Positions 41,408-51,491 of a stretch of DNA of 64,000 bases are shown one piece after another (the first letter of the stretch is position 1; every line of letters begins with the position of its first letter). This DNA comes from Verrucomicrobiota bacterium. GTDB lineage: Bacteria; Verrucomicrobiota; Verrucomicrobiia; Chthoniobacterales; UBA10450. Made by a program: the position numbers and the translations under genes. Under the pieces are notes generated by a model. It had not been told where the DNA came from. It was given only the letters and a program-made list of their open reading frames with translations, and made no database searches. The stretch lies in NCBI GenBank assembly GCA_003218535.1, contig QHNV01000080.1, positions 9,532 through 73,531 of the forward strand, read 5' to 3'.

Positions 41408-42010
41408 CTAGAGTGCTTTGTAATCTACACTGATCGTCCGGTAAACGAGCGTGTCGTGTTGGGCCGAGAAATAAAATAGCTCAAGCATCGTCGCGCCGAC
41501 CATCCATTGATAGCCAACCAGCGTTTGGATCACGTCAGTGTCGGTATCGCGGGAACGGGAGACCAATTTTCCCGTTCCGTACTTTTCATCGAAATATTTG
41601 CGAATCTCTCCCATTCGCTGGTTATAGCGTTCGATATTCCATTCCGGATACTCGTACTGCAGTTCTACTCCGATCAGGCCCCTTGCTTTGAACGTGAAGA
41701 GCGTGCGCTTCAATCCAGGGTGGACGAGTCCTTCCACTGTCCATATCTCCCGGTTCTCCTTTTTCTCCCTCGACACGATTTTGGCTTTCGCGCCATGCAA
41801 TATCGCTTCCACGCGCGCCATGGAGTCGTTCCAGCGAAAACCAAAGGGTGGCAACAGCTCTTCTATTCCGAAAGCTTTCGAGGCATATGAGCCCGACAAA
41901 AAGAAAGCAACGAAGCCGGTGCAAAGGGTACGCCTGATTGCCCTGCCTCGAATGAAAAAGATGACGCGGTTCGTTTTCTGACTCGTCATTTGCGTTCGCT
42001 TTTCGGGCAT
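41408..42010 (-). CDS. hypothetical exported protein
   Basis: ATG 42010, N-terminal hydrophobic segment (LCTGFVAFFLSGSYASKA). No family recognised. Confidence 0.5.
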   Translation of the reverse strand: MPEKRTQMTSQKTNRVIFFIRGRAIRRTLCTGFVAFFLSGSYASKAFGIEELLPPFGFRWNDSMARVEAILHGAKAKIVSREKKENREIWTVEGLVHPGLKRTLFTFKARGLIGVELQYEYPEWNIERYNQRMGEIRKYFDEKYGTGKLVSRSRDTDTDVIQTLVGYQWMVGATMLELFYFSAQHDTLVYRTISVDYKAL

Positions 42011-42067
42011 TTTCGATTCGCCGAATATTCCCTCGAGCAGGCTGAAGTGGCAAAAATGCGTACACAC

Positions 42068-42561
42068 GCCGATTCAGTCAACTCGCGGAAACTTTTCGGA
42101 GTCGACTGCCGGTCTTAGCTCAAAATTATCGTTGCTCCTGGAACGCTCATTTTGGTTTTTCAGTCAAGAAATTTTTCTTGCTCGCTAAAAATAAAATTCA
42201 TTTTTTTCTTGTTGATTTTAGTGGCGGTTTCTAGTCTCAAGCCCGCTGGCGGGACAGCGACGGGAGCGAATGTGAATAAGTTGTGAACATTTCTCAGAAA
42301 CTTTTAGCTGCGCGAATGGAACCATCCCAAAATTCTTCGAATAAAACAGCTACCGCGAATGACAGCCTCTCCATCGCCCCTTCGCGACTGGACACTAAAG
42401 AACTCAATTTCCCCTCGTATCTACGCGTTTCCGGCATTTTCGCTGAGCATTTCCTTTGGGAAATTCGCCGGCGACGAGGTCGGGATGACCTTGGGGCTGC
42501 GAGCCCATTTTCCCGGGCACAGGCCTCTGTGGCAATTGTGTAACACTGTTAACAAGTTGCG
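42068..42561. other. probable chromosomal replication origin (oriC) / dnaA promoter region
   Basis: 494-bp non-coding gap directly upstream of dnaA. AT-rich stretch at about 42165..42225 (aatttttcttgctcgctaaaaataaaattcatttttttcttgttgatttta). tgtgaataa at 42271..42279 fits TTATNCACA, with a weaker tgtgaacat next to it. Confidence 0.5.
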
Positions 42562-43923
42562 ATGGACAAGAAATGCGCCCAACTCTGGCAGCGATTAGCG
42601 GCCGCCCTGAAACCGCAAATTAGTGCCGATAGCTTCAATCGGTGGTTTTCTGCGGTCGAACTCGTAGAAGCGACGGAGAAATCGCTCACGCTTCGCGTTC
42701 CAAATAACATCTATCAGTTTTGGATCGAGAGTAACTACATAACCGCGTTGCAGAACGCGATTGTTAGCGCACTTGGGAGTCCACGGGCGGTGAAGTTTGC
42801 CTCGCCCTCGGGGACGTCAGGGCAAACGCCGTTGGAAGATTTGCCTGTTCTCAAAGAGATTTCGCCGGAGCCATCCGCTGGCGCAAAAACGAGCGCAAGC
42901 GTCCTCGGGCTCAATCCGCGAAACACGTTCGAGTCTTTTGTGGTTGGCCCGAACAATGAAATTGCGCACGCAGCGGCTCTCGCCGTCGCGCAGGCTCCTG
43001 CGCGCACTTACAATCCGCTATTCATCTATGGCGGCGTTGGTCTCGGCAAGACGCATCTGATGCAGGCGATCGGTCAGTACGTCTGGGCAAAAAATAAAAA
43101 CGTGAAGGTGATGTATCTCTCCAGCGAGCTCTTCATCAATGAATTCATCGATGCCATCCAGCACAGTAATTTGGTCAAATTCCGTAAGCGCTATCGCCAG
43201 GCCGATCTTCTTTTGATCGATGACATCCAGTTTCTCGGAGGCAAAGAACGCTCGCAGGAGGAATTTTTTCACACGTTCAATACGCTCTTCGACGGACATA
43301 AACAAATTGTGCTCTCCTGCGACCGACCGGCATCGGAGATCGCGAACCTGGAGCATCGCCTCGTTTCCCGATTCGAGTGGGGATTGACGGCAGAGCTTCA
43401 GCCGCCGGACATCGAGACGCGTCTGGCGATCTTGCGGAAGAAAGCTCGCACCATGCAAATCAAATTGGGCGACGATATTTTCCAGTTTTTGGCGAGCCGC
43501 ATTCGCACCAATGTCCGTCGGCTGGAGGGCGCGCTCATGCGAGTAGCCTCGTTTGCATCGCTCAGTGGAAAAGAGCTCACGCAGGAAGTCATCGAGCATT
43601 TGCTGAAGGATATTTTGCAGGAAGAAGGACGGCACTCCATCACCATTGAACAAATCCAGCGGCGCGTGGCTGAGCATTTCGATGTGCGGATAGCCGATAT
43701 GACAAGCAAACGGCGCCCGGCCAGTATCGCTTTTCCACGGCAGGTAGCGATGTATCTGGCGCGGGAGCTCACCAAGGCCTCGCTGAATGAAATCGGAGAC
43801 GCGTTTGGCGGACGCGATCACGGCACCGTCCTGCACGCTTGTAAACTGGTAAAGAAACGCATGGCCGAGCAAGATAACATTCGCCAGACGATCTCGTTTA
43901 TCGATAGCTCGCTGCAGAGGTAG
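42562..43923 (+). CDS. dnaA: chromosomal replication initiator protein DnaA
   Basis: Walker A GGVGLGKTHL, LLIDDIQF, sensor and domain IV (...RQVAMYLARELT...IGDAFGGRDHGTVLHA). Confidence 0.97.
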   Translation: MDKKCAQLWQRLAAALKPQISADSFNRWFSAVELVEATEKSLTLRVPNNIYQFWIESNYITALQNAIVSALGSPRAVKFASPSGTSGQTPLEDLPVLKEISPEPSAGAKTSASVLGLNPRNTFESFVVGPNNEIAHAAALAVAQAPARTYNPLFIYGGVGLGKTHLMQAIGQYVWAKNKNVKVMYLSSELFINEFIDAIQHSNLVKFRKRYRQADLLLIDDIQFLGGKERSQEEFFHTFNTLFDGHKQIVLSCDRPASEIANLEHRLVSRFEWGLTAELQPPDIETRLAILRKKARTMQIKLGDDIFQFLASRIRTNVRRLEGALMRVASFASLSGKELTQEVIEHLLKDILQEEGRHSITIEQIQRRVAEHFDVRIADMTSKRRPASIAFPRQVAMYLARELTKASLNEIGDAFGGRDHGTVLHACKLVKKRMAEQDNIRQTISFIDSSLQR

Positions 43924-44016
43924 AGTGATCGATCTCAACTCGCCAAAGCTTTTGCGTGACTTTTGCGGTTGCCGAATAAAATCGAAAGCCTTACAACTTA
44001 AGTGCTCCTGTCCATC

Positions 44017-45114
44017 ATGAAATTCAGCGTTGCGAAAGAAAAACTGCTAGAAGGCTTGCAACAGGTGCAAAACGTCGTCAGCACCCGCACCACTCTTCCC
44101 ATTCTCTCCAATGTTCTGTTGCAGGCGAACGGCAATGAAATTCATCTAACCACTACCGATCTTGACGTGGGCGTGCGTGGTAGTTGCGAAGCGGATGTCG
44201 AAAAGGAAGGCGCGACTACGCTGCCTGCTCGGCGACTTTTCAACATCGTTCGCGAACTTCCATCAAGTGAAATTCAGATCGATGTCGATGGAAAGAACGC
44301 AGCTTCAATTCGTAGCGGCCAGAGCTTCTTTAAAATTCTCGGACTGCCCGAGGAAGAATTTCCGCCGCTGCCGAAGTTTGAAGAAGCGAAAGTAGTGACG
44401 ATCCGTCAAAAAGATTTGCGTGATGGTCTGCGCAAAACTTCTTACGCCATCTCTACCGACGAGACCCGTTATGTACTCAACGGCGTGCTGTTCAGTTTTA
44501 AGAATAACAAGCTGACTCTGGTGGCCACGGATGGACGGCGACTGGCCATGTTGGAAATCGAACTGGAATTTCCGCGCAGTCACGAAGCCGATATTATTGT
44601 TCCCACAAAAGCCATCATCGAATTGCAGCGACTGCTCACCGATGACGGCGACGTGAAGGTGAGCATGGGCAACGGGCAAATCGCGTTCGATCTGAACAAG
44701 ACGTTTCTGGTCTCGAAATTGATCGAAGGCAATTATCCGAATTATCGCCAGGTGATTCCGAGCGAAGCAAAAGAGCGGGTAAAACTCGAGCGCGAGACAT
44801 TCTTAAATGCATTGCGACGCGTTTCGCTGCTGGCGAGCGACAAATCAAACTCCATCAAACTGAATTTCAGTAAGAACAACATCGATATCACTGCCAACAC
44901 GCCGGAAGTAGGCGAAGCGAAGGAATCACTGGCGGTCCAGTACAAGGGCCGCGATTTTTCCATCGCGTTTAATCCGGAATTTCTCATGGCACCGCTGCGC
45001 GCCTTGACTGAAGACGAAGTCTTCCTCGATCTCATCGACGAGATGAGTCCGGGAGTTTTGAAAATTCAGACGCCGTTTCTCTACGTGCTGATGCCGATGC
45101 GCATCAGCTCGTAG
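44017..45114 (+). CDS. dnaN: DNA polymerase III beta sliding clamp
   Basis: MKFSVAKEKLLEGLQQVQNVVSTRTTLPILSNVLL..., 365 aa, follows dnaA. Confidence 0.95.
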   Translation: MKFSVAKEKLLEGLQQVQNVVSTRTTLPILSNVLLQANGNEIHLTTTDLDVGVRGSCEADVEKEGATTLPARRLFNIVRELPSSEIQIDVDGKNAASIRSGQSFFKILGLPEEEFPPLPKFEEAKVVTIRQKDLRDGLRKTSYAISTDETRYVLNGVLFSFKNNKLTLVATDGRRLAMLEIELEFPRSHEADIIVPTKAIIELQRLLTDDGDVKVSMGNGQIAFDLNKTFLVSKLIEGNYPNYRQVIPSEAKERVKLERETFLNALRRVSLLASDKSNSIKLNFSKNNIDITANTPEVGEAKESLAVQYKGRDFSIAFNPEFLMAPLRALTEDEVFLDLIDEMSPGVLKIQTPFLYVLMPMRISS

Positions 45115-45162
45115 CCTGTAGCCGCCGCTCTCTGGGCGGCGCATTCAAGGATCAAATCCCCG

Positions 45163-46101
45163 TTACGCTTCGCACAGCGAAGCGGCTACAGCAGGTTCGA
45201 CTTTTGCAACATCGATGTCCTGCAAATCGCGTTTCGGTGCTCGAATCACTCGGGCGTTTTCATTTTGCGGCGCCCAAATATCAGGATCGGTTGGGCCAAA
45301 AAGTAAAACGCAGTTTGCACCTGCCGCCGCGGCAATGTGCGAAATTCCGCTGTCGTGTCCGACGAAGATCGAATCTTCAAGGAGCGCCGCCAGATGGACG
45401 AGCGGCAGATTTTTCGCGAAAGCTACACGCTGATTTTGCCAGATCTCTTCCAATCTCGCGACTTGAGCGCGATCGGCTTCACCCGAAATGACCAACACTG
45501 ATCCACGAAAACTTTCACGGCCGAGCAAATCGTTTCCGAGATCGATCCAGCTTTCGATTGGCCAATTTTTCTTTTCGCTACCGCTGCCGGGATGAATTGC
45601 AAGAATCGGCCGCGGCAAATCGCGAAGAAAATCGCGCGCGAGTTGCCGGTCTTCGGCCGACGGAAAAATCTTTGCGGCAAGATCGACCACTTTTATGCCC
45701 AACGCTTCGACCGGTTGGGCGAGCTGCCGCGCCGCGTGCGCAGAATTATCAATCTTCGCCGGCCCGGAGATCAGATTTTGAACACCGCACACCTGTATAT
45801 TCCGCTCAAAGATTTCATCCGGATCGTAGAGATAACTGATGATTAAATCGAAACTGCTGAAGTAATTCATAAGTTCCGTGGACAGCTTTGAATTTTTCGC
45901 GAAAAAGCCGGAGAGCGGACCGTATTCAATCGAGCGGACTGCTTGCGCATAAAACCTATTTTCGGCAAGCGCAGCGATGTGTTTGTAACCAAGGATCTCA
46001 ATGTGCGCGGCGGGATGAACGTCACGCAGGGCCTTAAGCGCGGGCAAACTTAGAATGAAATCCCCGATGGCGCCGCCGCGAATCACCAGAATTCGGTTCA
46101 C
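45163..46101 (-). CDS. glycosyltransferase family 9 (heptosyltransferase-like)
   Basis: ILVIRGGAIGDFILSLPALKAL start, ...HPGSGSEKKNWP..., ...GHDSGISHIAAAAG.... Confidence 0.8.
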   Translation of the reverse strand: MNRILVIRGGAIGDFILSLPALKALRDVHPAAHIEILGYKHIAALAENRFYAQAVRSIEYGPLSGFFAKNSKLSTELMNYFSSFDLIISYLYDPDEIFERNIQVCGVQNLISGPAKIDNSAHAARQLAQPVEALGIKVVDLAAKIFPSAEDRQLARDFLRDLPRPILAIHPGSGSEKKNWPIESWIDLGNDLLGRESFRGSVLVISGEADRAQVARLEEIWQNQRVAFAKNLPLVHLAALLEDSIFVGHDSGISHIAAAAGANCVLLFGPTDPDIWAPQNENARVIRAPKRDLQDIDVAKVEPAVAASLCEA

Positions 46102-47915
46102 GACAACAGCTCTTCCAATTCCTTTAGCCGCTGTTCGAACAACTGCAATGTGAGATCTATAGGCGCAGATGTGGCCATGTCCACGCCGGCCGCTTTCAAC
46201 GTTTCTAACGGGAATTTCGAACCGCCCGAACGCAGAAAGTCAAGATAGGCATCCACACTTCCTGATTCGCCCGAAAGGACGCGCTGCGAAAGCGCGACAG
46301 CGGCGGAAATCCCGGTCGCATATTTATAGACATAGAACGCGTGATAAAAATGTGGAATACGCAGGCACTCTAGATTGAGCTCGGGATCGAGCGCAAAATT
46401 TTCGGTAAAATAGGTCTCGAGCAGCTTGTGATATTGCGATTTGAAAACATCGAGCGTCAGCGCATCGCCACTTTCCTCGATGGCATGAATAATTTTCTCA
46501 AACTCCGCAAACATCGTCTGCCGGAAGAGTGTGCCGCGGAGCTCGTCGATTTGCCGATTGATGACATAAGCTCGCATCTTTGGATCGCTCGTTTGCTCAA
46601 GCAGATGATGGGTGAGCAATTCTTCGTTGAATGTGGAAGCGACCTCCGCCAGGAAAATTGGATACTCGTAATTCTGAAACGGCTGCGCATTTTGCGAGAA
46701 CCAGCTGTGCATGGAGTGACCAGCCTCGTGCGCAAGTGTATAAACATCGGCGAAGACGTCCTCCTTGTAATTCATCAGGATGTATGGCGGCGCACCGTAG
46801 CTGCCCGACGAAAACGCGCCGCTCCGTTTGCCCTTCGTTTCATAACGATCGCACCAGCGTCCGCGCAGACCTTCCGCCAAAACATCAACATATTCTTTTC
46901 CGAGCGGGGCGAGCGCCGCCAAAACCATTTCAACCGCTTGATCAAAAGTGACCCGCGTCCCGATTTCCGGAACCAGAGGGACATACGTGTCGTAATGATG
47001 CAGCTCATCCAAACCAAGGACGCGGCGGCGCAGATCAAAATAGCGGAACAACGGTTTTAAGTTCGCGCGGATTGATTGGATTAATCCATCGTAGACTGCG
47101 ACCGGCACATCGTCCGGAAACAGTGCCGCTTCAAGCGCAGACGAGTAATGTCTTGCTGTTGCTTGGAAGACATCTGCCTTGACCGAATAGGCGAGCGCCG
47201 CAGCAAGCGTGTACTGATGGTCGCGAAATTCCGCGTAGAATTGATGGAAGGCGCGTTTGCGCAGCTCAGCATCCCGTTTCACTAAAAATGAGCTAAACGA
47301 GGTTTGGGTCAGCTGTTTTTCGCGCCCAGTCTCATCGATCAAGACGCCGAACTTCATGTCAACATCGGTCAATTGCGAAAAGGTGTCGTCGTAACCGCTG
47401 AGTGCGAAAGTGCTCAGCGCCAGAAGGCGTTCCTCGGGAACCGAAAGCACATGCGGCTTCATTCGGCGGATTTTGTGCAACTTGATTCGCCAATCCTTCA
47501 ATCCTGGATCGGCAGTGAATTGTCCAAACTTTTCGTCGTCGATCGCGAGGATTTCCGGAACGACAAACGCTGCTGCTTCGCCGACCTTCGTAAGCAGATT
47601 CTGAACTTGTCCGACGCGTGCGAGGTATTCATTGTTCGTGCCGTCCTCAGCCAGTTGCAGTGACACGTAGTGATAGACGCGCTCGATTTTCTGCTCGAGC
47701 GACTTCTCAAGCTCAAGCACCTCAGCCAGCGTTTGTGCTGATTCCCCCACTCGGCTCTTCCAGTCCTGAAGTTTGGGATAGGTCTGTTGGATCCAGGCGA
47801 AATCCTCCTGCCATTTGCCCACGTCAGTAAAAAGCGGCGTCAGGTCCCATTTGTCGGACTCAGGAATGTCAGCGCGAGTAGGAATGGGACTGGAAGACAT
47901 TCCCAAAACGTTCAA
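46098..47915 (-). CDS. pepF: oligoendopeptidase F (M3B)
   Basis: 605 aa, zinc motif HEAGHSMH, PepF-like N-terminus (DKWDLTPLF). Confidence 0.88.
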   Translation of the reverse strand: MNVLGMSSSPIPTRADIPESDKWDLTPLFTDVGKWQEDFAWIQQTYPKLQDWKSRVGESAQTLAEVLELEKSLEQKIERVYHYVSLQLAEDGTNNEYLARVGQVQNLLTKVGEAAAFVVPEILAIDDEKFGQFTADPGLKDWRIKLHKIRRMKPHVLSVPEERLLALSTFALSGYDDTFSQLTDVDMKFGVLIDETGREKQLTQTSFSSFLVKRDAELRKRAFHQFYAEFRDHQYTLAAALAYSVKADVFQATARHYSSALEAALFPDDVPVAVYDGLIQSIRANLKPLFRYFDLRRRVLGLDELHHYDTYVPLVPEIGTRVTFDQAVEMVLAALAPLGKEYVDVLAEGLRGRWCDRYETKGKRSGAFSSGSYGAPPYILMNYKEDVFADVYTLAHEAGHSMHSWFSQNAQPFQNYEYPIFLAEVASTFNEELLTHHLLEQTSDPKMRAYVINRQIDELRGTLFRQTMFAEFEKIIHAIEESGDALTLDVFKSQYHKLLETYFTENFALDPELNLECLRIPHFYHAFYVYKYATGISAAVALSQRVLSGESGSVDAYLDFLRSGGSKFPLETLKAAGVDMATSAPIDLTLQLFEQRLKELEELLS

Positions 47916-47970
47916 TGTTCAAGGCCCAACGTCCAATATCGAATTCAGACCGCGCTGCGCCAGCGGCAGT

Positions 47971-48606
47971 CTATGACCACCGTCGGCCCTTACAAAGCGC
48001 CGCGACAGCGGGATGCCGCGCGATCAGTCTAAACGCCTGTTCGAGGAGTTTTTTTCCCGGCGCAATTTTGTGCCATGGAGAGGCGCCGGATGGATGCGGC
48101 AACGGAATCACGTCGAAGTGATGCCCTGCGCGTATGACCCGAAATTTTCGGCCAATGACTTTCTCTAATTTTGGGCAATTGGTGAATTGCACGATAGCAA
48201 GTCGGCCGACTGGAATGATGAGACGCGGCCGCAATATTCGGATCTCATTGTCCATCCACGAAGCGCAGTTGTGAACCTCATCCGGGGATGGAACGCGATC
48301 GCTGCCGCTGGAATTTTTGCCCGGGAAACATCGGCAGACCGCCGCGAAATAGATTGCCGATCGAACGGCGGCTTCGTTCATTCCGCAAAATTGTTCGAAC
48401 CAGCGGAACAGCGTTTTGCCCGCCGTATGCGCAAAGGGCCGTTGCAGAACTGGTTCTCGTGGCCCAGGCGCCTGCCCGATGACCATTACGTCACTCGCGA
48501 TTGCGCCGCCTGAGACCGGCGTCGATTTCATTCGCGGGCAGCGACGGCACCGCAGCAATTTCGCAATATGCCGTTCGAGCTGGACTTGTTTACGCTGCGC
48601 CGCCAT
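47971..48606 (-). CDS. uracil-DNA glycosylase, family 4
   Basis: C..CPRM, VMVIGQAPGPRE, HPSGAS motifs. Confidence 0.8.
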   Translation of the reverse strand: MAAQRKQVQLERHIAKLLRCRRCPRMKSTPVSGGAIASDVMVIGQAPGPREPVLQRPFAHTAGKTLFRWFEQFCGMNEAAVRSAIYFAAVCRCFPGKNSSGSDRVPSPDEVHNCASWMDNEIRILRPRLIIPVGRLAIVQFTNCPKLEKVIGRKFRVIRAGHHFDVIPLPHPSGASPWHKIAPGKKLLEQAFRLIARHPAVAALCKGRRWS

Positions 48607-48860
48607 CAGCGCCGGAAGATTGAGAACAGCGAGAGGAGCAAACTAAGCACGATACTGAGCACGATGCAGGTCACGATTGGGAAATAAAACGCCGAATCCT
48701 CGCGCTCGACCCGGATATCGCCAGGCAAACGCCCCAGCCATTTCGGCGCGAAACCGCTCCACATCACCAACCCGACCAGGGTCATGATAACGCCGATGAC
48801 AATCACGAATTTTCCGAGTTCGCGCACTGCGCATAAGTTGCGCGAATTGCGCGGAGGCAC
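48606..48860 (-). CDS. DUF2905 small membrane protein
   Basis: ...LGRLPGDIRVEREDSAFYFPIVTCIVLSIVLSLLL is the DUF2905 signature. The true start may be internal. Confidence 0.6.
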   Translation of the reverse strand: MPPRNSRNLCAVRELGKFVIVIGVIMTLVGLVMWSGFAPKWLGRLPGDIRVEREDSAFYFPIVTCIVLSIVLSLLLSLFSIFRR

Positions 48861-48874
48861 AAGGTTGAGAGTCG

Positions 48875-49837
48875 ATGGCGGTGCAGTTTAGAGATTATTA
48901 CGAAACGCTTGGTATTCCGAAAACGGCTACCGACGAGGAAATTCGTGCCGCCTTTCGCAAGCTGGCGCGCAAACATCATCCTGATGTGGCGAAGGATAAA
49001 AAGGCTGCTGAAGAAAAATTTAAGGAAATCAACGAAGCCTACGAGGTACTGGGCGACCCGGAAAAGCGCAAAAAATACGATCAACTCGGCGCTGATTGGA
49101 ATCGGCCGGGCGGATTCCAGCCTCCACCTGGCGGGCAGTGGGAAGCGCAACAGCCCGGCGGCGGATTTTATCAATGGGGCGGCGATGGCGGTGGCGGGGT
49201 TGAGTTCGAGTTCGGCGGAACTGGGTTCAGCGATTTCTTCGAAGCGTTTTTTGGCGGCGGGCGCGGTCGTTCCGCATTCGGCGGGTTCGGCGGACGCGCT
49301 GCGACAGCCGAACGCGGCGCCGACGTGGAAGCGGACATTATGGTCACACTCGAGGAAGCGCTGCACGGCTCGACGAGGACCGTGTCGCTGCGGCGCGCCG
49401 GTTCAGACAAGGTGGAGCAGTATCAAGTCAAAATTCCCCGTGGTGTCCGCGAAGGCCAGCGGATCCGTTTACGTGGTCAGGGTGAAGCCGGCGCGGGTGG
49501 AGGAAAAAGTGGCGATCTTTTTCTTCGGGTGCGATTGGCCAAGCATCCGGATTTTTCAGTCGAAGGCAGCGATTTGATTCATGAGGTGCGGATCCAGCCG
49601 TGGCAGGCCGTGCTGGGCGGTGAATTGCTTGTGCCTATTCCCGAGGGAAAAGTGCGCCTCAAGATTCCGCCGGGTACACAAAGTGGACAGCGGTTTCGTC
49701 TGCGTGAACGCGGGCTGCCTGGAGTCTCAGGGAAACGCGGCGATCTCTACGTTGTCGGACAGATCAACATCCCGAAAAAGCTGACTGAACGCGAACGCGA
49801 ACTCTGGAGCGAGTTGGCGAAATTGCACGGAGCATGA
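48875..49837 (+). CDS. cbpA: J-domain co-chaperone, CbpA-type (no zinc-finger domain)
   Basis: DYYETLGIPKTATDEEIRAAFRKLARKHHPDV, Gly/Phe-rich linker, two C-terminal beta domains, no CxxCxGxG repeats. Confidence 0.85.
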   Translation: MAVQFRDYYETLGIPKTATDEEIRAAFRKLARKHHPDVAKDKKAAEEKFKEINEAYEVLGDPEKRKKYDQLGADWNRPGGFQPPPGGQWEAQQPGGGFYQWGGDGGGGVEFEFGGTGFSDFFEAFFGGGRGRSAFGGFGGRAATAERGADVEADIMVTLEEALHGSTRTVSLRRAGSDKVEQYQVKIPRGVREGQRIRLRGQGEAGAGGGKSGDLFLRVRLAKHPDFSVEGSDLIHEVRIQPWQAVLGGELLVPIPEGKVRLKIPPGTQSGQRFRLRERGLPGVSGKRGDLYVVGQINIPKKLTERERELWSELAKLHGA

Positions 49838-49968
49838 TGATCCGTTGAAGCCTGAAGATGGACGGTAGGGCGGGCAGTCCTCTGCACGCCGCCGGTGCCG
49901 CACGATTTCGGCGCGCACACGAGTGACGCGCCCTACCATTTCGTGGGAATTCGTGTAATTCGTGTCTG

Positions 49969-50400
49969 ATGAAAATTTCCCTAGGCTCGGATCACGCCGG
50001 TTTCCGTTACAAGGAGAAGGTAAAAGAATTGCTCGGCTCGCTCGGGCATGAAGTGAAGGACTTCGGCACGTTCAGCGAGGAACCCGTGGACTATCCACTC
50101 TTCATTCGTCCGGCCGCGGAAGCAGTAGCGCGCGGCGAGTGCGATCGCGGCATTGTCTTCGGTGGTTCAGGCAATGGCGAAGCGATGGTGGCGAACAAAG
50201 TGCACGGTGTGCGTTGCGCACTTTGCTGGAACGAAGAGTCGGCCCAACTCTCGCGGCAACACAATGACGCGAACGTACTCTCGATGGGTGAACGCCTGAT
50301 TCCCGAAGACCTGGCGCTAAAAATTGTGCGGATTTGGGTTGAGACGGGTTTCGATGGCGGCCGGCACCAAAGACGCGTTGCGATGTTAAACGCGATGTGA
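49969..50400 (+). CDS. rpiB: ribose-5-phosphate isomerase B
   Basis: MKISLGSDHAGFRYKE..., ...GIVFGGSGNGEAMVANK.... Confidence 0.9.
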   Translation: MKISLGSDHAGFRYKEKVKELLGSLGHEVKDFGTFSEEPVDYPLFIRPAAEAVARGECDRGIVFGGSGNGEAMVANKVHGVRCALCWNEESAQLSRQHNDANVLSMGERLIPEDLALKIVRIWVETGFDGGRHQRRVAMLNAM

Positions 50401-50416
50401 TCGACGCTGAAAGTCG

Positions 50417-51268
50417 TTAGGTCAACCGATCGACGCAGACCGCGAGCAAGAATACCGCGCTGACAAACGCATTGCTCTGAAAGAACGCGCGATTGATTCC
50501 GGCCAGATCGCGTTTTTCGGTTCTGTGCTCGTAAACAAGTGCCGCCGCGATCAGAGGCAGCGACCAGTAGTAGAGCGCGCCGAGCTTCGCGACGAATCCA
50601 AAAGCGATGAGCGCGACAAACGTCAACAGATGTAATAGCTGCGCGAGACGCAAGCTGCGCGTGATCCCCAGTTTCACCACAAGCGATCGAATCCCTTCGC
50701 GCCGATCAAAATCATAGTCCTGGGTGGCATAGATCAGATCGAATCCTGCCACCCAGCAAATTACGCCCGCCGCAAGCACGATTGGCGCGATATCAAGGTG
50801 TCCGGTCTGAGCGATCCAAGCGCCGACTGGGGCAATGGCGAGTGCTAGTCCGAGAAAAAAATGCGTTGCGCTAGTGAACCGCTTCGTCACCGAATAGAAA
50901 AAAATCAACGCGAGCGCTACGGGCGCGAGGATGCACGTCAGCCGATTAATTGCGCACGCGGCCAGCAGAAACCCGGCACAACTGAGAATCAGCAAAACCA
51001 CGGCCGACAATTTTGGCACGAGCAAGTGTCGCGAGGCCGTGCGCGGGTTGCGTTGATCAAGCGACCAGTCAACGAGCCGGTTGAAAAGCATGGCTGCCGT
51101 GCGCGCGAACACCATGCAGACAATCACTAGCAAAAGAATTCTCCGCGATGGCCAGCCGTTCGCCGCCACGATCAGCGCAGCAAAAGCAAAGGGGAGCGCG
51201 AAAATCGTATGAGAAAAACGAATCAACCGAAGAAATCGGCCAATTGGTCGGGCCCCAAATGCTCTCAT
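50417..51268 (-). CDS. UbiA-family aromatic prenyltransferase (4-hydroxybenzoate / menaquinone-type)
   Basis: ATG 51268. NRLVDWSLDQRNPRT (NxxxDxxxD) and a second Asp-rich motif YATQDYDFDRREG. ~283 aa and polytopic. Confidence 0.8.
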   Translation of the reverse strand: MRAFGARPIGRFLRLIRFSHTIFALPFAFAALIVAANGWPSRRILLLVIVCMVFARTAAMLFNRLVDWSLDQRNPRTASRHLLVPKLSAVVLLILSCAGFLLAACAINRLTCILAPVALALIFFYSVTKRFTSATHFFLGLALAIAPVGAWIAQTGHLDIAPIVLAAGVICWVAGFDLIYATQDYDFDRREGIRSLVVKLGITRSLRLAQLLHLLTFVALIAFGFVAKLGALYYWSLPLIAAALVYEHRTEKRDLAGINRAFFQSNAFVSAVFLLAVCVDRLT

Positions 51269-51491
51269 ATTTTCGCAGGAAGTTTTAGTTCCGAAGAACA
51301 CACGCTGCCAGCTTGTAGTTGCCGGCAACCCTGTCCAGACCATCTTCGCGTCACGAGTTCTGAAGTCCGCACCGAAATCTCCGGTCTCGACAAGCTGCCG
51401 AGACCTGCAGGTTGCGCTCCCCAGAAAGCGCAACTGGCGCAGCTCCCATCGGCGTATCCTTCAAGCCGATCGCGTGTTGGTCAAAGAATGC

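Noticed and set aside
45121-45140. Hairpin gccgcc-gctctctg-ggcggc between convergent dnaN and the GT9 gene as a terminator
   Set aside because: The stem is only 6 bp and there is no U-run on either strand. It is plausible but not strong enough to list as a feature.
49864-49937. ggtagggcg ... cgccctacc inverted repeat downstream of cbpA, with a cgccctacc fragment also near 22873
   Set aside because: The arms are only 9 bp, separated by about 56 nt, and there is no second full copy in the window. It may be a REP-type element, but this cannot be supported from this window alone.
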